A DNA stretch of 64,000 nucleotides, from the NCBI GenBank assembly GCA_043228905.1, contig JBHGNT010000009.1:22320001-22384000 (forward strand), given 5' to 3'. This document shows positions 38,672 to 53,925 of the stretch, one piece after another. The translations under genes were made by a program, and so were the position numbers. The DNA is from Azolla caroliniana. Its lineage: Eukaryota; Plantae; Polypodiophyta. The notes below the pieces were generated by a model. That model saw nothing but the letters and a program-made list of their open reading frames with translations, did no database searches and had not been told where the DNA came from. The stretch's first letter is position 1, and every line of letters starts with the position of its first letter.

Positions 38672-39722
38672 ATGGCTACTGCAGAGATTGGGAACAGGCC
38701 AGTGTTGAGGCCAGCTGGTAACATAGTGGCAAAGGGTAACAATAGCCTCAAAAAGGCAACAAAACCAGCCCTTTCTCATCCTACTTCCCCAATTAAGACC
38801 AAAATCTCCCCAGCCAATGGAAACATTAATCCACCAATTCCAATTTCTCCCCCCAAAGTAACCCTTTTACCAGCCAGACATAGCCCAAAGCTTCATCCCA
38901 TTACCCCACCATGTCCCATTGACATTGTTCTTCCATTAATTGATGATGAACCATCTGCTCATGTTGTTAATTCCAATCAAAACAATGGCATAACTGCCAC
39001 TAGCCTCCCCAAATCCCCCTCCTGCTCCTCTCCTAACTCATGTGGAGTCCCACTAAAGAAAAGCTTGGTAAAGACCAACAAGAAGCTAGATCTGAAGAAG
39101 CTTCATAGCGTTAGGTTTGATGACGCCTCCTTGGCTACTATTGTTGCTGAAAAGAAAGCTAATGCTAGTGAAGTTTCCGCTCAGAGGAAGCTTAAAGTTG
39201 CAGAATATGGTAGGAAACAGATTAAATCAAGTAGAATAGTGCCCTCTACTGAAGTCTCTACATCATCATCATCATCTCTTTCTCCTCTTCTCTCAATTGA
39301 ACTCAAACGATGCAAATTCATCACTGCTCAGACTGGTGAGTCGTAAGAATCTGTTTCCATTGATAATACAAAAGAATTCTTCATTCCTCGCTCCGGTAAA
39401 CATAAGCAGGATTTTTCTACATCAATATTCACGAAGAAATGTATGCCACAAACAAGAGTTGTTTACAGGGGACCTTTCTCATTATAACACATGGAGGAAA
39501 TGGTCTATTTTCCATATAGACAGAACATATCTAAAGCTTTCTTGTGTTAGATGTATTGATATATATGTCTAGATATATACACTTTTGTTTTTCACACTGA
39601 TAAATTGTGCCATGGCTTTGAAATCTTCTGAGAAGAAATGGTTGATGGCCACAGATACTTTGTCTGTTGCCTTAGATGTATAGACATCTATGTCAAGATA
39701 TATATATATGTATGTATATGTA

Positions 39723-39765
<43 letters not shown>

Positions 39766-40901
39766 ATGCTTTTGTTTTTCATACTGATTAATTGTGCCAT
39801 GGTTTTGAAATCTTCTGAGATTTTATTTTTTGATGATTACAGATCCTTTGTATATTGCATACCATGATGAAGAATGGGGAGTTCCTGTCCACGATGATAG
39901 GTAAATTCACTCTCTCCGTATAATAAACTTAGTCAAATTTAGTATAATTTCCAGAGGGTATGTAAAAATGATTTTGGAACTTCCTGCTGTCCTACATTTC
40001 TGTTTTATTGATTTATATTTCACTCCAGGATGCTGTTTGAGCTCTTAGTCTTGGCTGGATTTCAAGGGGAGCTTAGCTGGTCTGCCATTCTCCATAAAAG
40101 GGATGCATATAGGTGATAGATACATCTCAGAGATTTTGTTTTTTCAACCTTCAAAGCACAATGCTTCTTCTTATTGATGTGCTTTGTATCAGCAAATCTA
40201 TATGACTATGGCTAAATGCTTTCTGCTTTTCTTATTGGATTTTAGGGCGTCATTTTCCGGGTTTGATGCAACATCTGTGGCTTTGTTCACTGAGAAGCAC
40301 ATCCAGTGTCTGGAGGCAGATAAAAAACTTGGCCTCTCGAAAAGCAAAATCCGCGGAGTCGTCGAGAATGCCCAGAGAATTCTTGAGGTGTGAATTTCTT
40401 CTTGTTGGTTTTGTCTCCTACCTCAGTTTTTCTGGATACATATACATATACATACATACAACGTAATGTGCATATGTAAATTCAACTGTAGTTTTGAAAG
40501 GCAATGCGTTTGCATTGTGTTTTCATGGCATCTGACTGTTTCCTTCTTCTTCCTTCTAGGTGGTACGCGAATTCGGTTCATTGAGTAATTACCTTTGGGG
40601 ATTTTTCAACAAACAACCACTGGTGAATGATTATCGATACCCAAAGCAAGTACCTGCAAAGACATCGAAAGCAGAGTCCATAAGCAAGGAGCTCGTGAAG
40701 AGAGGCTTCCGGTCTGTGGGTCCTACTACTGTTTACTCATTCATGCAAGCTTCCGGTATGACGAATGACCACTTGGTGCAATGCTTTAGGCACCAAGAAT
40801 GCATAAGGGTCTCTTCTCTTCTTGTTGATGGGGAAGAAAACCAAGACCGTCGTCATGTTTTCAAATGCGCACAAAATGTCGAGAGCACACATGGGAACTA
40901 G
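38672..40901 (+). CDS. DNA-3-methyladenine glycosylase I (TAG family)
   Basis: Exons 38672-39335, 39843-39900, 40029-40112, 40246-40387, 40560-40901. Motifs KRCKFIT, YIAYHDEEWGVPVHDD, LFELLVL..Q...SW..IL.KR, K.LVKRGFRSVGPT..YSFMQASGMTNDHL..CFR. The Cys/His Zn ligands are all present. Confidence 0.95.
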
Positions 40902-43900
40902 AAAGAGCAGCATAAGTGAAGTGCTGAATTTCCATGGCAGTATACAAGAAACTATCTCTCACCAACATTAGTATACAAATCAACATACACATTGCTCAAC
41001 ATCAGCAAATGTGTAATGCTTCTCTAGCTAAAAGCCTCTTGCAAAGTGAATCACTCTCTTAAGAGGGTTTTGTTATTACTACTATTATTGCTGTTTTTGG
41101 GAACCTAGAGATGATAAAAAAAGAAAAAACTTTCTCTCCAATCACATGTAAGTATCCTCAATGGTTGTACTCTACTACCTATATAACCATTATTGATTTC
41201 GACGAGAAAATTTCCAAGTCATTGATTTCTGCAGTGTTTCTTGTCTTTGCAACATGAGATGCATTATGGAATTACAGGAATGCTAGTGTCTCATCGGAGT
41301 TTTATCCCTCATGATGTTATCATTTACATGCATTCATAAAACTTTTGTATTCTTGTACATGGACTTACTAGAGACTGTATTATATAATGTTTTAAGCATC
41401 TTGATTGGTATGATTGTTGAAGCATGTATATCTATTAGACTTAATATTATCCCTAGATCCACAACTGTTCTTTATGTTCGATAAAGGGCACTCTTTGGAG
41501 AGAGGAAATAGTTATCCTTACGAACGAAGGAAGATAACGATGCATTGTTCAAACATCTTCTTGTTGATTTAGGATATAGGGCATTACCATGAGCTTAAAT
41601 ATGCATGTTGTTTTTATCGATGTATAAAACCTACATGTTTATTTACATGGTTCCATACTTGTAAATATGTCAAAAATTCCAAGATCTTGAATCTTTGTTG
41701 TGTCATCACAAGATTTCTGATCTTACGGACGAATTCAAACCACACATTATGCATTGTAAATTGGCTTCTCTTCTTGTAAATCATTGATACTTCCACATGG
41801 TCAGATAAGGATATACATTCTCGTCTAGTAGTTAGTCATCTCATCCTTTTCACCCAACTGTAGTCATAAGTGAAAATGTGTTTGAGTGAAAATGGTTTCC
41901 GTAACTCTTTTAATGCATCAATTGAGCAAAATGGCACATTCCCAATCTCTTTGAATCAATCAAACCATGTTAAAAAGTTTGAATCAATAAAATACAACAC
42001 ACATTGTGATTCACACATTTTGTGGAGAAAGAATGTGAGCAATGAACACCAATAAAACGTACCTGGTACTACACACATAGTGATTGAGTGACTAACCATC
42101 AAGCACACTTGAATGAACAGGTACGTATTAAAACAAGTGTATTTATGTTGTGTTGGTTTCTCCCAAATTAATGTTGTTATTCAAGAGGAAGTGAGATCGA
42201 GAGTGGGGAGGGGAGAGAGAGACTTCTTGCCTTTAGCATATGCTCTATCATATGTTTTGCCCTCTAGAAAAGCTTTATTCATGAAGACATTCCATTGCAA
42301 TATGTTGAAACATGAGCTAAACACAAGTGACTAGTGATTTCGACCCAAATAAAAAAGATTGATAACATGTGGCCCTTTTTTGCTTACCCCTAACAAAGCA
42401 AGAAAAAGCAATTGTAAGTCTATATATTATGCGTTCAATACCAAAAACCAAATTCGAAAATCATTGGCACGTGAAGTTTTCGGGAATGATTCATCTGTTG
42501 ATTTAAAATCTTTTTTGGTTTTAAAATTGCTAATATTGACCCCACCAATTGTCGTTGGGGTGGGTGGGGGTCACTCACAGAAATGTAACAATAGCACATG
42601 AATTCAACATCAATGGCTTTTTTTAAACCTTCTCTTACGCTTTAGTAGGAAAAGGGTGCAAACGAATCAAAATAGCAAGGCTGTTTTAAATAGTCATTGA
42701 AAGTATGGGATACAGATGAATAGAGTGACACTTGGCCCCTCAAGCATGTCGAAACATTTAAAACAATGTTTTCAATTAGAATCCACATGATATAATGTGG
42801 AGCCCTTATGAGGGAATATTGGCCTAGAAGAATGAAGCATAATCCTTGGCTAATCGATATTAGAAACATAAATGGTTAATTGGCTTTCATATATCAAGGC
42901 ACCCAACAATACTTCAAAATGCATTCTAAGTATACTTCAAAATGCATTCTATTGTTGTTGATAATGCTTGTGTATGCACCTGCCCTAGTATATGCATCAA
43001 GGTACGATTTAAGCATGTGGCGCATATCCTCTTTAATGACCTGAGCTCAAACCCATGCTCCCGTCCTATGCACAAGATATTTATATTTAAATAATTAAAA
43101 ATCGTCGTAAAATCATATGACACATCCTAACTTAAATACAAACTTAGTGTTAGGTTATCTTCACTGACATTGTCAAGGTTCCTTACAATGCATGGAAGTT
43201 CCTCTACCAAATTGATGTATGACACCACACAAGCAAAAAAAATACAACCTCTGTTCAGATGCTAGTGGAAGTTAAACTATGTTTGCAGAGGTACATGTGA
43301 ATTATATGACCATCCCTAGTTTTTTTTTTTTTGAGAATGCTCAAAAGTTATTTTAATTAAGGTTTTGAGTACAATTCCAAAAATATTGACAAACAAGGAA
43401 CATGAGAAATGGAGGATTTCCCTTTGTTAGATATGCATGTGTTTAGATTCCGATCTCAAACATCATTTTAAAGCATGCCACAAATATCAAGTGGAATTTT
43501 GTTTATAGAATATAATATATGAAAATGTGCCCAACAAAGGCCATGTAGCAATATGCTCAAGGAAAAGTTAACTTCAAATTTCCATCATTTGGTAGTTTCA
43601 AAGTAGTTCCCATTGATTTCATGAACATGAAGATCTTGCTTGGAATGTCTTGAAGTTCCCTAGACATTTCTAGAATGTTCTAGAATGTCCGAACCTCCTT
43701 TGGCATGATATACTTTCTATAAGCTTCAACCTATGTGGCCATTGACATACTAGAAGCAAGTAACTTGTTCTAATTTCTTGCTCGAAGCTTTAAAACTTTA
43801 ATATGCATGAAGATTGACCTTGTAGAGTCATGTAAAATCCTTTCTACATTTGACTCTCCAAAAGGTCCTCACATGCTCATGCTCAAGACTAGGGCATTAT

Positions 43901-44816
43901 GACAATGAGACTCACAAAAGTTCCTTGCAAAGCCCAATAAGATGGTCGTGTGAGGTAAATCTTAGTTACAAGTCTTATCTTATAAGACAATCTATATTGA
44001 GTCTCCCAATATCTTCAATAATGTGTTGTTGAATCCATTATCGCTCTTCTAGCACCTTAAAGCAATGTTGTGAAAAATATGTCCATCACATCACAACAAC
44101 TTGTGAGGGGGTTAAGAACTAGAGAGTTGGCTTTAGTTCCTTCTCCATCGTGAATTCTCAACCCTAGTACCTTGCAAGCCATGATATCATTTCCTCTATA
44201 GCATTGCAGCTAAATGCTCCAAATATGAGCCACGAGGACATTGATCATCTAAAAATGACAACATTTTGCACATTGAGGCTTAGTGATAATAACCTTTGAT
44301 GAGGAGATCCCAAAAAGTTCAATTTTTTGATAATTATAGATGAAGGAGCTTTGCTATGTGGAAAGTAAACAAGAAATTAAGTGCATAACACAATGTGAAA
44401 CAATGCCTCGACATATTGATGAATTAGGAATATGATGGAGATTCAAACCGAAAGAGAATAGTAGTAAATTGAAAACAATAAGCATTGAATACTTGGTTCA
44501 TTTCAACTATCTACTTAAAACGAACACGACAACTTTTCCAAAATTTAATTTGACGGTAACGCTTTAGGTAAGTTTAGCACGTGTGTTCTCTTATATGTAC
44601 GGTAGGATTTAATTTGAAGATAAAGCTTGAAGGGGGCACACCACCTGCAAATAGATGAGTTTGGCACTTGTGTTTGACAAAAGGATATGTACCACTTATA
44701 AATTTGCACTATCTTTTTACATACACAATGGTATCATTTGAATGGGATATTCATGTATCAAATGGACAAAGGATGTGTTGTTGTATTGAATAAAGAAAGA
44801 CAAAGTTGACAGACTT

Positions 44817-45516
44817 TTTAAAATGGGCATGGAAGTGCATGGTAATAAATAGGTAGGACGTATATAGTGTAGTGTTATCGCTCATATAGAGAAGAGGTCA
44901 AGAGTTGTATCAATTTTACCACTTGGACGATGACTATACACTCTAAATCTATATGTTACCAATCTTTGATGCCGACATTTTTTACAAAGATAACGACATT
45001 TTAAAATGGGCCTGGAATCACATGGCAATTAATAGACAAGGCATAAATAGTATATGTGACCACCCAGATAGAGAGGTTGACAACCCTTGGATCAACTTTG
45101 ACACTCAAGATGACAATTCACGATCCATATATTACCAATTGTAGATGTCAATGTTTCTTTTACAAATGTAAAGACATTTTAAGATGGGTATAAAAGCACT
45201 TGGTAACTAATAGAAGAAGCATAGTGTAGTGTGACCATCCTAGTGAAGATGTTGGGAGCTTTGTAGCAACTTTATCACTCATGATGAGAAATATGCATTC
45301 TAGGTCCATATTTTACCAATTTTTAGATGTCAATAATTGTCTTCTCTACAAAGATAATCACTTTTAAAAGTGGTCTTAGAAGCATGTGATAATTAACAAA
45401 CATGTCATATATAATGCGACCACCTAGGAAGAGAAGTCAAGAGCTCTCCTCTCAACTTTATCACTAGGGATGACTGCATACTCTAGATCCATGGTTTACA
45501 AGTTCTAGATGTCAAT
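44817..45516. repeat. Four degenerate ~180-bp tandem units
   Basis: Units start near 44818, 45001, 45179 and 45363 (TTAAAATGGG...GTGACCA...CAACTTT...TTACCAAT...GATGTCAA...TACAAAG). Confidence 0.8.
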
Positions 45517-48115
45517 ATAGATGTATTTGTAGACTACAAATATGCTAGGCTATACATGGTCTATGGCATCATATTAAAAATCTTCCCATGTAAGTAGTGA
45601 GGGTCATCTAAATGGGCATAATTGAATGTATTTTCATTGAAAAGGAATGTTTTATGGTACTTACACACAATAATCAACATTGAAAGATCATTTGCAAGAA
45701 CTCTCCATGAGACTAGTATCTTTTCTTCATGTGGAAGATCACTAGTTCATTTTTTATTTGACCCTTTTGAAGACCAAATCCATCATATGATAAGCTCCTC
45801 CATGGATCTACCCACATACATACTCATGAGAAAATGAGTAATATATATTGATATTCTTAAGGTAAATAATGACATATTTTACATAAACAAACGATTTGTT
45901 GTAATATCGTATTGATATTTATGATTTGAGATGTTGGACACAATGCCAAGTGTATACAAGAAACATTCTTTTATTTGTAGGAATTACATGTACCTTTTAT
46001 TGTATTTTTGTGGGAACTACCCATTATATGGTGGCAATGTTCAATGCCCAGTAGACTTTACTATGAAAGGGATACCTTCGGTTCTCCTCTTGTAGCATTC
46101 TAATCTAATTAATTGAGAGAATCATATTTTTTAAATTAAGAAACTCGTACTTCTCTATTAAATTAAGACATCTATATATCTTAATTATTGTAGTCATTCA
46201 AACACAAATAATCAAACTGCCATATGAATATTGTCATTGATCCGGTCTTGCTTGTAATAACGATCTTTCTAAAGCTCAACAAGAGATTCCACTATTATGC
46301 CGAGATCTAGAAAGTGATCAATATGGGGCACATCATCATTAACATAATTGAAAACTTGACATATCCTTCATAGAATTGGCATAAAACATCCTATGTTCAC
46401 CAATTGTTTGCAGAAAGAAGTAGAAGACTAAAATGTATTGATATACTCTTCTTGAAGAAGCCCTTGAGATAATCGAGCTCATGCATTTGCTCCTAGCAAG
46501 TGCAAAAGCAATCGAAGAAAATAACCTCAGACTAGTTGAAGAAATGGTATTAGAAATTCACCAAATTCTCACATACACTCACACATAATAAAGCTCTAGC
46601 AAAAGTCGCTTTACATTTTGTCAAATCTCTTGCAAGACATGTTTACATATCATGCCATAGTGTTAACTTACTATCATTTCCATGAGACTTGATCACATCT
46701 CAAATCTGCCCATTACACAACAAATCAAGACATTTCCATTCTACAGGCATTTGAGGGTGAGAAATGTGTATATATCTTACATTTCAGCTTGATGCAATCA
46801 TCCCAATGATAATTTCTTATACAAGCATTGCTCTGCAACCAAGTGGTCCACACACGAAATATAAGATAAAAATGCAGGGAAACAATGGAAGTCTGGTTTG
46901 AAGGCCGTGCTTCTTGGCTCAAAATCTCTTAGAAAGGCAACACTGCTCATTAACATTCTTATGCTCAAAGAAGAAAGACTGAATTAAGATGGCTACAATG
47001 TTGAACACAATTGGTTGCCTTCGCACCATTGAAGGGAGCAGGGAGCCATGGTTCACAATAGACATGAGATTTTCCTGTCCCTAACTAATATCCTTAAATT
47101 GTGAAGCCGAGACTTTGAAGACAATCATCCATAATGAAGTAATTCTTCTTGAGTCTGATTATTGCATGACAATGATCAAACATTTTTCTTGGAGAGAATT
47201 GAGATATTGAGAGAAGATCAGAATCCAGAAGGGAAATATGAGAAATACAGTAGTGCAAGATGGAACCACATCTTCAAATGAGTTACAAACTCATCTGACA
47301 CTAGTGCAAGATGTGGATGCTATTACTCTAAATCCATACCACTATTGGATCCAAGTTTTGAACCTCATCTAGAAGCCCTTCAAATGTCAAAAGCATGGGA
47401 GTTCATCCACCCAGAAAGTGTCCTCCACTGGAGCAGAAATGTCCAGAGACTCAGTCATTGGGGATAATCTTGTCTACAAGAGTCCTTAGAGACACTCTGT
47501 TAAACTCAAAGTAAAAAACATTCAACCTCATTGGGATGCAATAATGTCGGTACATTACCCTATATGGGTGTACAGAAAGAATACAACCTATTAATGGATC
47601 GAAGACATTGAGACATCATATCTTACACATGTTTATCCTACACCAAGGTTGCGACATACATTCCTAGATGTGGTCAATCAATCAAATCTGAGTTCTACAC
47701 CTTAGCCCAATTCATTTGTAAGCATCCATCGAGAAAGTAAAGTTCCCCGTTCCCATCAGAGAAGGGATATCCTGGAAATACACCTGCTTGTAAATCAACT
47801 AGAAGATTGGTAGTTATTTGAGAAAATGCTACAAAGGAAAACAAGACCTAAATTCAGCATCTCTACGCATAGAGAAAATACCACTCTACATTACTGTACA
47901 AAATGGAATGGAGCATGTAAGACCTCCTTACAATATGGTTCCATGGATTCATCACTCCCTGAAACCTTGTTTATTTAGCAGCACAATTTTTACACGCTCG
48001 GCCAATCAGATGGAATGGCAAGAGTTATTTGCATGTCTCCTGTTTTCTTCATACAACAATGTGTAATTGCAGCTTTTCTATTGATCATAAGCCTGGTCTA
48101 GAAATGTCCTCTGGT

Positions 48116-51100
48116 TTACACTGTCAGGAGCTCCTGAAAAGAAATAGAAACATACTTGAAATATGCCCTCTAACAAGCAAAAATTAGATAGTGTTATGGT
48201 TACAAAATTAGGTGCTTTGTGGAGAATATCATCAGTTCCAATGCACAAAGATCAAGGATATTTATCGTGCATATCAATGTACCATATCAACTCAGTTAAA
48301 TTTTGACATTGTTGTCTATTCCTCAAAAAAACATATGTGCAATTTCTGAGAACTAAAATGTACATTTGTTCGAATGAAGGAGAGATTCATTTAAATCAAA
48401 AAAATACTCAAGCAAACGTAATAAACTTACCTTTTCTTTTTGCTTGAACATAACATCTATTTTCTTTGTGTAATCATCCGTTAGTTTCTGTGAACAATTC
48501 AGTAGGGATATCAGATATTCCCCCTGCCATGGAACCACAAAATAACAGTAATTTACCTGCATTGAATCAGACAGGTCCTTCACATTATCCATAGAAAGCT
48601 TTTTTTCCTGCATAGCATTCAATCACCATGTACATTGTAAAGACACAAGAAAATAGAAATAAAAAAGAGAAACATAGAGACTATAGTCTTCTGCACTCAA
48701 TACTTAGAATACATAGTCCATAAAATCAACGAATGATCTATAAGAAAACAGCACACTTATGATTTGTTGTAGCAAGCGCAAAAGTGCTCAACCAATGGGA
48801 CAGAAAAATTCAGCTTAAATAATTTCATAAGTAGCCTTACATATTATCATGAAAGAACATTCTATGGACTATGTACCATCACTTTCTTATCTATTGCAAA
48901 CTAGAAATGGATATCTTCACAATTTGTCGGAAATATTCAACAAGTAGTACCCATGACAAAATCTAACACAAAACTTTCATGTCTAAATCGATTCTATGAG
49001 TCTTCCAGTTGGACATTTCAAAACCTTCCACAGACTAGCAGGATGCTTTCATGGATATTGAGGAGCAATTATGAATTGATCAGCAATAGGATACAGTAGA
49101 TGACATACCTTCTCTAGTTTTTCATAAGATTTTATGGCATCTCGTCGAATATTTCGAATAGCAATCTAAAAAAGAAAATATTTAAATAATTGGTTTTCTA
49201 ACATAATGAAAAATTATTTTTATTACAAAAATAAACAATTTATATTACTATCTTAGAAAGTAGCACAAACAGCAATTCACTCACCTTGCCCTCTTCTGAG
49301 AGTTTTGATACCATTTTCAAAAGTTCCTACAAACAAGAAAACCAATTCTGTTGTAGCAATTGTTTTACAAACTAGAAATATTTTCTCTCAGAAAACTACA
49401 TATTCTTTGAAGTTTTCCAATGGGAAACTTGAACGAAAGAAAATAGAAATTATATTAATGTCTCATAGAGACCGAAAAAGCACATCATCCTAGTGACATG
49501 TACATGAGAAATGTTTCAGAAAGATTTCTCAGAGTTATTAAAATTGGCAATTAGCAGGGCCCTGAGGAATTAGAGAAATCTTAAGACAGAAACACAGCAA
49601 CTTTTTTATCAATAATCATAATATTTCAATCAAACAGACATTCAGTGCCTCGAGAAAATAGAACTGTATCATTTGAATAAATGTCTTAACTTTACCTTTC
49701 TTCTATCAGAAGTCAGAGGAGGAATGAATAGACGAATAGCATTCCCATCATTGCTTGGTGTCAATCCAATGTCAGATTTTGAGATAGCTTTCTCGATGGA
49801 ATTTAGACTAAATTATAGACCAACAAAAAGGGTACTATTCAGCACCATGATTTCAATTCTGCGATTTAATAATAATAATGAGTGATTAAAACAGCAGAAA
49901 TCACCTTGATTTATCAAATGGTTGTATAAGTAGTGAACTTCCATCTGGAGTGCTTACTTGAGCAATGCTTTTGAGTGAAACCGGAGTGCCATAGTACTCC
50001 ACCTACATGTCAATGACAAAAATCTGTTATTAAATTCGTTCAGTATGTTTTGTGGAATCTTCATAATGAAACCAAAAAATGGTTCAACCTCTGACGATCC
50101 AGTTAATATATATTCAATGGTCGAGATTGATTTATGTCATCCCTTTGAAAGCTACAGCTTACAAAAATTTCATGTCTTCCTAAATGAATATATTACCGTC
50201 TCAATCACACAGAAACAGAAGTTATTCATAATTCTGCAGCAAGGACCTTGGTCTTGTTAGAGAATCATCTCTTGTGCTTCTCAAGTAAGACCAATCTCTT
50301 TATTGCTAATGAACCATTACACACAAGAAAACCAAAATAGCCTTGTATTTAGAATCTGTAATCATATTTAGACTGTAACGATATCACATTAATAGTAGAT
50401 GCAGTCTACTGCATGTAGATGCTGTTTTATTATAACAAGCCCTGCCCTTTTTTTAAACAGACTCGGTATATCTTCAGGATGTGCACAGTGCAATGAATGC
50501 ATCTAAATGTATTTGTGTATATAAAACTTTGTTTCGTAAAATGTACATTGAATAACTGGAAAACTCAAAATTTTAATGGAAAAATATGTATACAAAGCGC
50601 TGTTCCTACCTCAACTCTATCCAATAAAGATGGTGAAGCCCTTCCAGTTCGAATAGTGTTAAAGTTCCCCTTCACAGACTCTAAAGTCTTCTCCATTCTC
50701 TCTAACTACATGACAGTATCATCAGAGTTAATGTGTATAAATACCGTGAAATAGAAAGGTGATGCAAATCCAATGTTAAAAAACTAAAACTCGATTTTAG
50801 CATAATTTCACTGGCATTATCCAAAAACAACCTTTTAAATACTGAAATTGAAGCCGATCAATCTAATTGCACTTGCATTGATCATTTTTTATCAATAATT
50901 TTACAGTGGAGTTCGATTAGAAATGCGCAGAATAACTCATCCCATATTCATGGCTAGTGCTGCCAGAACCTCTTTTAATAGATACCCACAAGAATTTCAG
51001 GAAAATATCTCCAGCCATATTCATGTATCATGGATAGTTAGCTATAGCTCTTCTAACAAAATATCCAAAACGAAAAATTCAAAAGCATTAGAAAAACAGA

Positions 51101-51536
51101 AAGAAAACCTACTGCATCTTCTTCTATGAGCTCCTTCTCAGCTTCAACATCTTCAGTGGTTGCACCTCTACAAAAGAAGATTAGAAAAGCACACTAGCAT
51201 CATCATCTTTACTCATCGGCCATTATATCAAAAAGACTGACCGCTATTACAACTTTTCCTGTACCTGATGAGCAGATTACGCTTCAAAGTGCTAGAAACA
51301 GGAGGTTTCTTCTGGCAGGTCCCACATCGAAGCTTCGGGTGAAGGCTTGGGAATCCGTGGAGGAGACAAGGAAGATGATGGGACATGAACAGGTGGGAGG
51401 CAGAAGCGGAGGAAACCAGGGGCTGCTTCTGATTCCTGGGCTCCCATCCATAGTGCTGCTGTACGGCCAGAGCATGGGGGGCGGTACGGAGAGTGGCATT
51501 ATCACAGAGCATGGCCATCGCTTCCACCATAGCCAC
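48116..51536 (-). CDS. RRF: Ribosome recycling factor, plastid-targeted
   Basis: Ten exons: 51536-51265, 51167-51113, 50705-50610, 50002-49905, 49807-49696, ~49326-49285, ~49165-49109, ~48607-48557, ~48487-48431, 48133-48116. Motifs [67 protein letters not shown]. Exon 1 is transit-peptide-like. Confidence 0.95.
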
Positions 51537-53032
51537 ACAGGAACAGAGTCTCTCTCTCTCTCTCTCTCTCTCTCCAAGTGATGGATGGATGGGTCATGGG
51601 TTCAAATCCTTTTTTGGCCACTTATCATTTGGCTAAGGTTCGGTTCGGCTCGGCTCGGTTTGGTTCGGTTCAAGAGTCAAGTCAGTACCACACCGCCTCA
51701 TCTCCCGTGTGTATGTATGTCATTCTATGTGCACAGGTACATGTCATCCCGTGGATCCAGAAGAAGACGCCACACCACGAGTTGATCCAATCGGACTCTT
51801 CTCGGAGCAGATCTCCCTGTTGTGACAAGGATAAGTCGGGGACATGTGGCGTAAGCACATAGTGTATGGTGCCCTATGCACATCCCTGGGGGTTCACATC
51901 TTCTACCTCCTTTCCTGCGTCCTTTGCCTCCTCCGTAAGAATAATCAACCATATTCATAAGAACATCTCAAACAATGGGGTGTCTGCCTAACCACCTTCA
52001 CACTTTTGTAACGTTAGCATGTGTAATGTTCAGATTAAACATGGCCCTTTCAGTATGTGATTCGAGACCTATGATGACCCCAAGTCACTCTCAACAAACA
52101 TTTCCCCATGTGTCATGGATACTATTTTTTCCCCCTCATGTTTACATGCAATTTTTCATAGCACATATGACAGCCCAATCAATCACAAAATGTGCTCATA
52201 ACATGAGTTTGACATTTGATCTGTGTAAGACACTAGATATCGTGAAGACCTTGGCTCCCGATTTGTTCAAGATAATCAAGGAAAAGATGTCTTTGTGAGA
52301 GGAAGTTGATTTTGAACCTAGAACATTGTGTTGTTGATTGGTATTTGATGGCTTGAGATTGAAGCTCAAAGAAGATAGAATCAGAATACCTCATGAAGAA
52401 TTTGTTACCTTTTAAGAAACGATCGGAGCTTGCTACAAGGTGTGCTCGACAATAAGTTTCCACGGCTTCTCCTCTTTCAAAGTCTAAGCATGAAATAAGA
52501 TTCTACCATCCTACAAAGCCGAAGAGTTGAGGATGTGTAACTTTATGGAGTTAACTACATACAAATGACAATGAACTAGATAATATAGTTCTATTTAGCA
52601 AAATATGTTGAAGTAATAGATTGTGTGTGGGTGAGAGAGAAAGAAGGCAAGGTTAATGTTTTTGAAGACCAAAATTGACTCATGAGACAAATGATACAAT
52701 AACAATGTGTCGGGTAACTCACGTTCCCTTATCTTCTTAATGTCTATTGAACAACAATGAGTGACTTTGAAACTTGATATCACAGAAGAGTTAAAGTAGG
52801 ATTGGGGATTATTTTACACTTATAAAGCTAAAAATGACTATGTAACCAACATTTGATACAAAGAAGAGGAGGGTGTGGTTATATAGACACATGTGTGAGC
52901 ACACATAGAATGTATGATCAATCTATTAAAGCATGGGGGAGATTGCCGGATATCTAAACTATTTACGTTATCAATGCCAAGGCATCTCTTATTCCTTAAG
53001 TGAGTGGTGAACCGAGAGCCTAGAGTCCACAC

Positions 53033-53203
53033 ACAAGTGTGATGTTGTGTGTGGTTGAGCTTGATAACTCATCTCACCCTATGTGTTTCAACGTAGACCA
53101 ACATTCTTCTTCTTGCAGACAAGTGTGATGTTGTGTGTGGTTGAGCTTGATAACTCATCTCACCCTATGTGTTTCAACGGAGACCAACATTCTTCTTCTT
53201 GCA
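53033..53203. repeat. 86-bp near-perfect tandem duplication
   Basis: ACAAGTGTGATGTTGTGTG...CTTCTTCTTGCAG occurs twice, one mismatch seen. Confidence 0.9.
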
Positions 53204-53338
53204 GCTTCGACGCGTGGACATATAGATGGATCGAGCTCCGCTCGCAATGGAGTGTGCAGTGTAGGTATGTGGTATTAATTGATGACAAAGGAGATGAGAC
53301 CCTCCTCCCTCTATAAAGACAAGCGACTCTCTAAGAGT

Positions 53339-53885
53339 TGGAAATCGGCAATGGCTCTACTCAACTTGAACCGAGCCGGTAAATCGTTTGTTAAGCAGTT
53401 TGGCGGTTTAGTTCAGCTCGGTTCAAGCTTCGGCCTCCTTAACCGGTTTGAGCTCATAAGTTTGGCAAGGCTCAAGGCAAACATAATTGTTTAAGGCCAA
53501 ACCGGTTATTAAACTGGTACCGATGGCCTGGTTTGGTTTCTTTGCCTTGAAACCAAACTGAACTAAACCAAACCATTTATATAAAACAAAACCAAACCAA
53601 ACCGTTTATGAACTTTCAAGCCATTAAACCAAACCATCTAAGAAAAGGTACACCAAACTATAGGGATCGGCAACGGTTCGGTTTAGGCTTAGCCGGTTTG
53701 GCCTAATCTAAGCCAAACTGGCTAAGCCTAAACCGTTTACGGGATCTCAAACCTGAGCCGAGCTGAGCCGAACCGGTTCACAAACCGATTTGTGAACCGA
53801 TTTGGTAAATGGCTTGGAAACCAAATTTGGCCTTAGAAGACGTTAATATATCTTTCTTTCTTTCTTCTTTCTCTCCTCTATGTAG

Positions 53886-53925
<40 letters not shown>

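Noticed and set aside
46900-47800. Possible LINE remnant downstream of RRF
   Set aside because: No convincing RT or zinc-finger motif could be read in the frames I translated.
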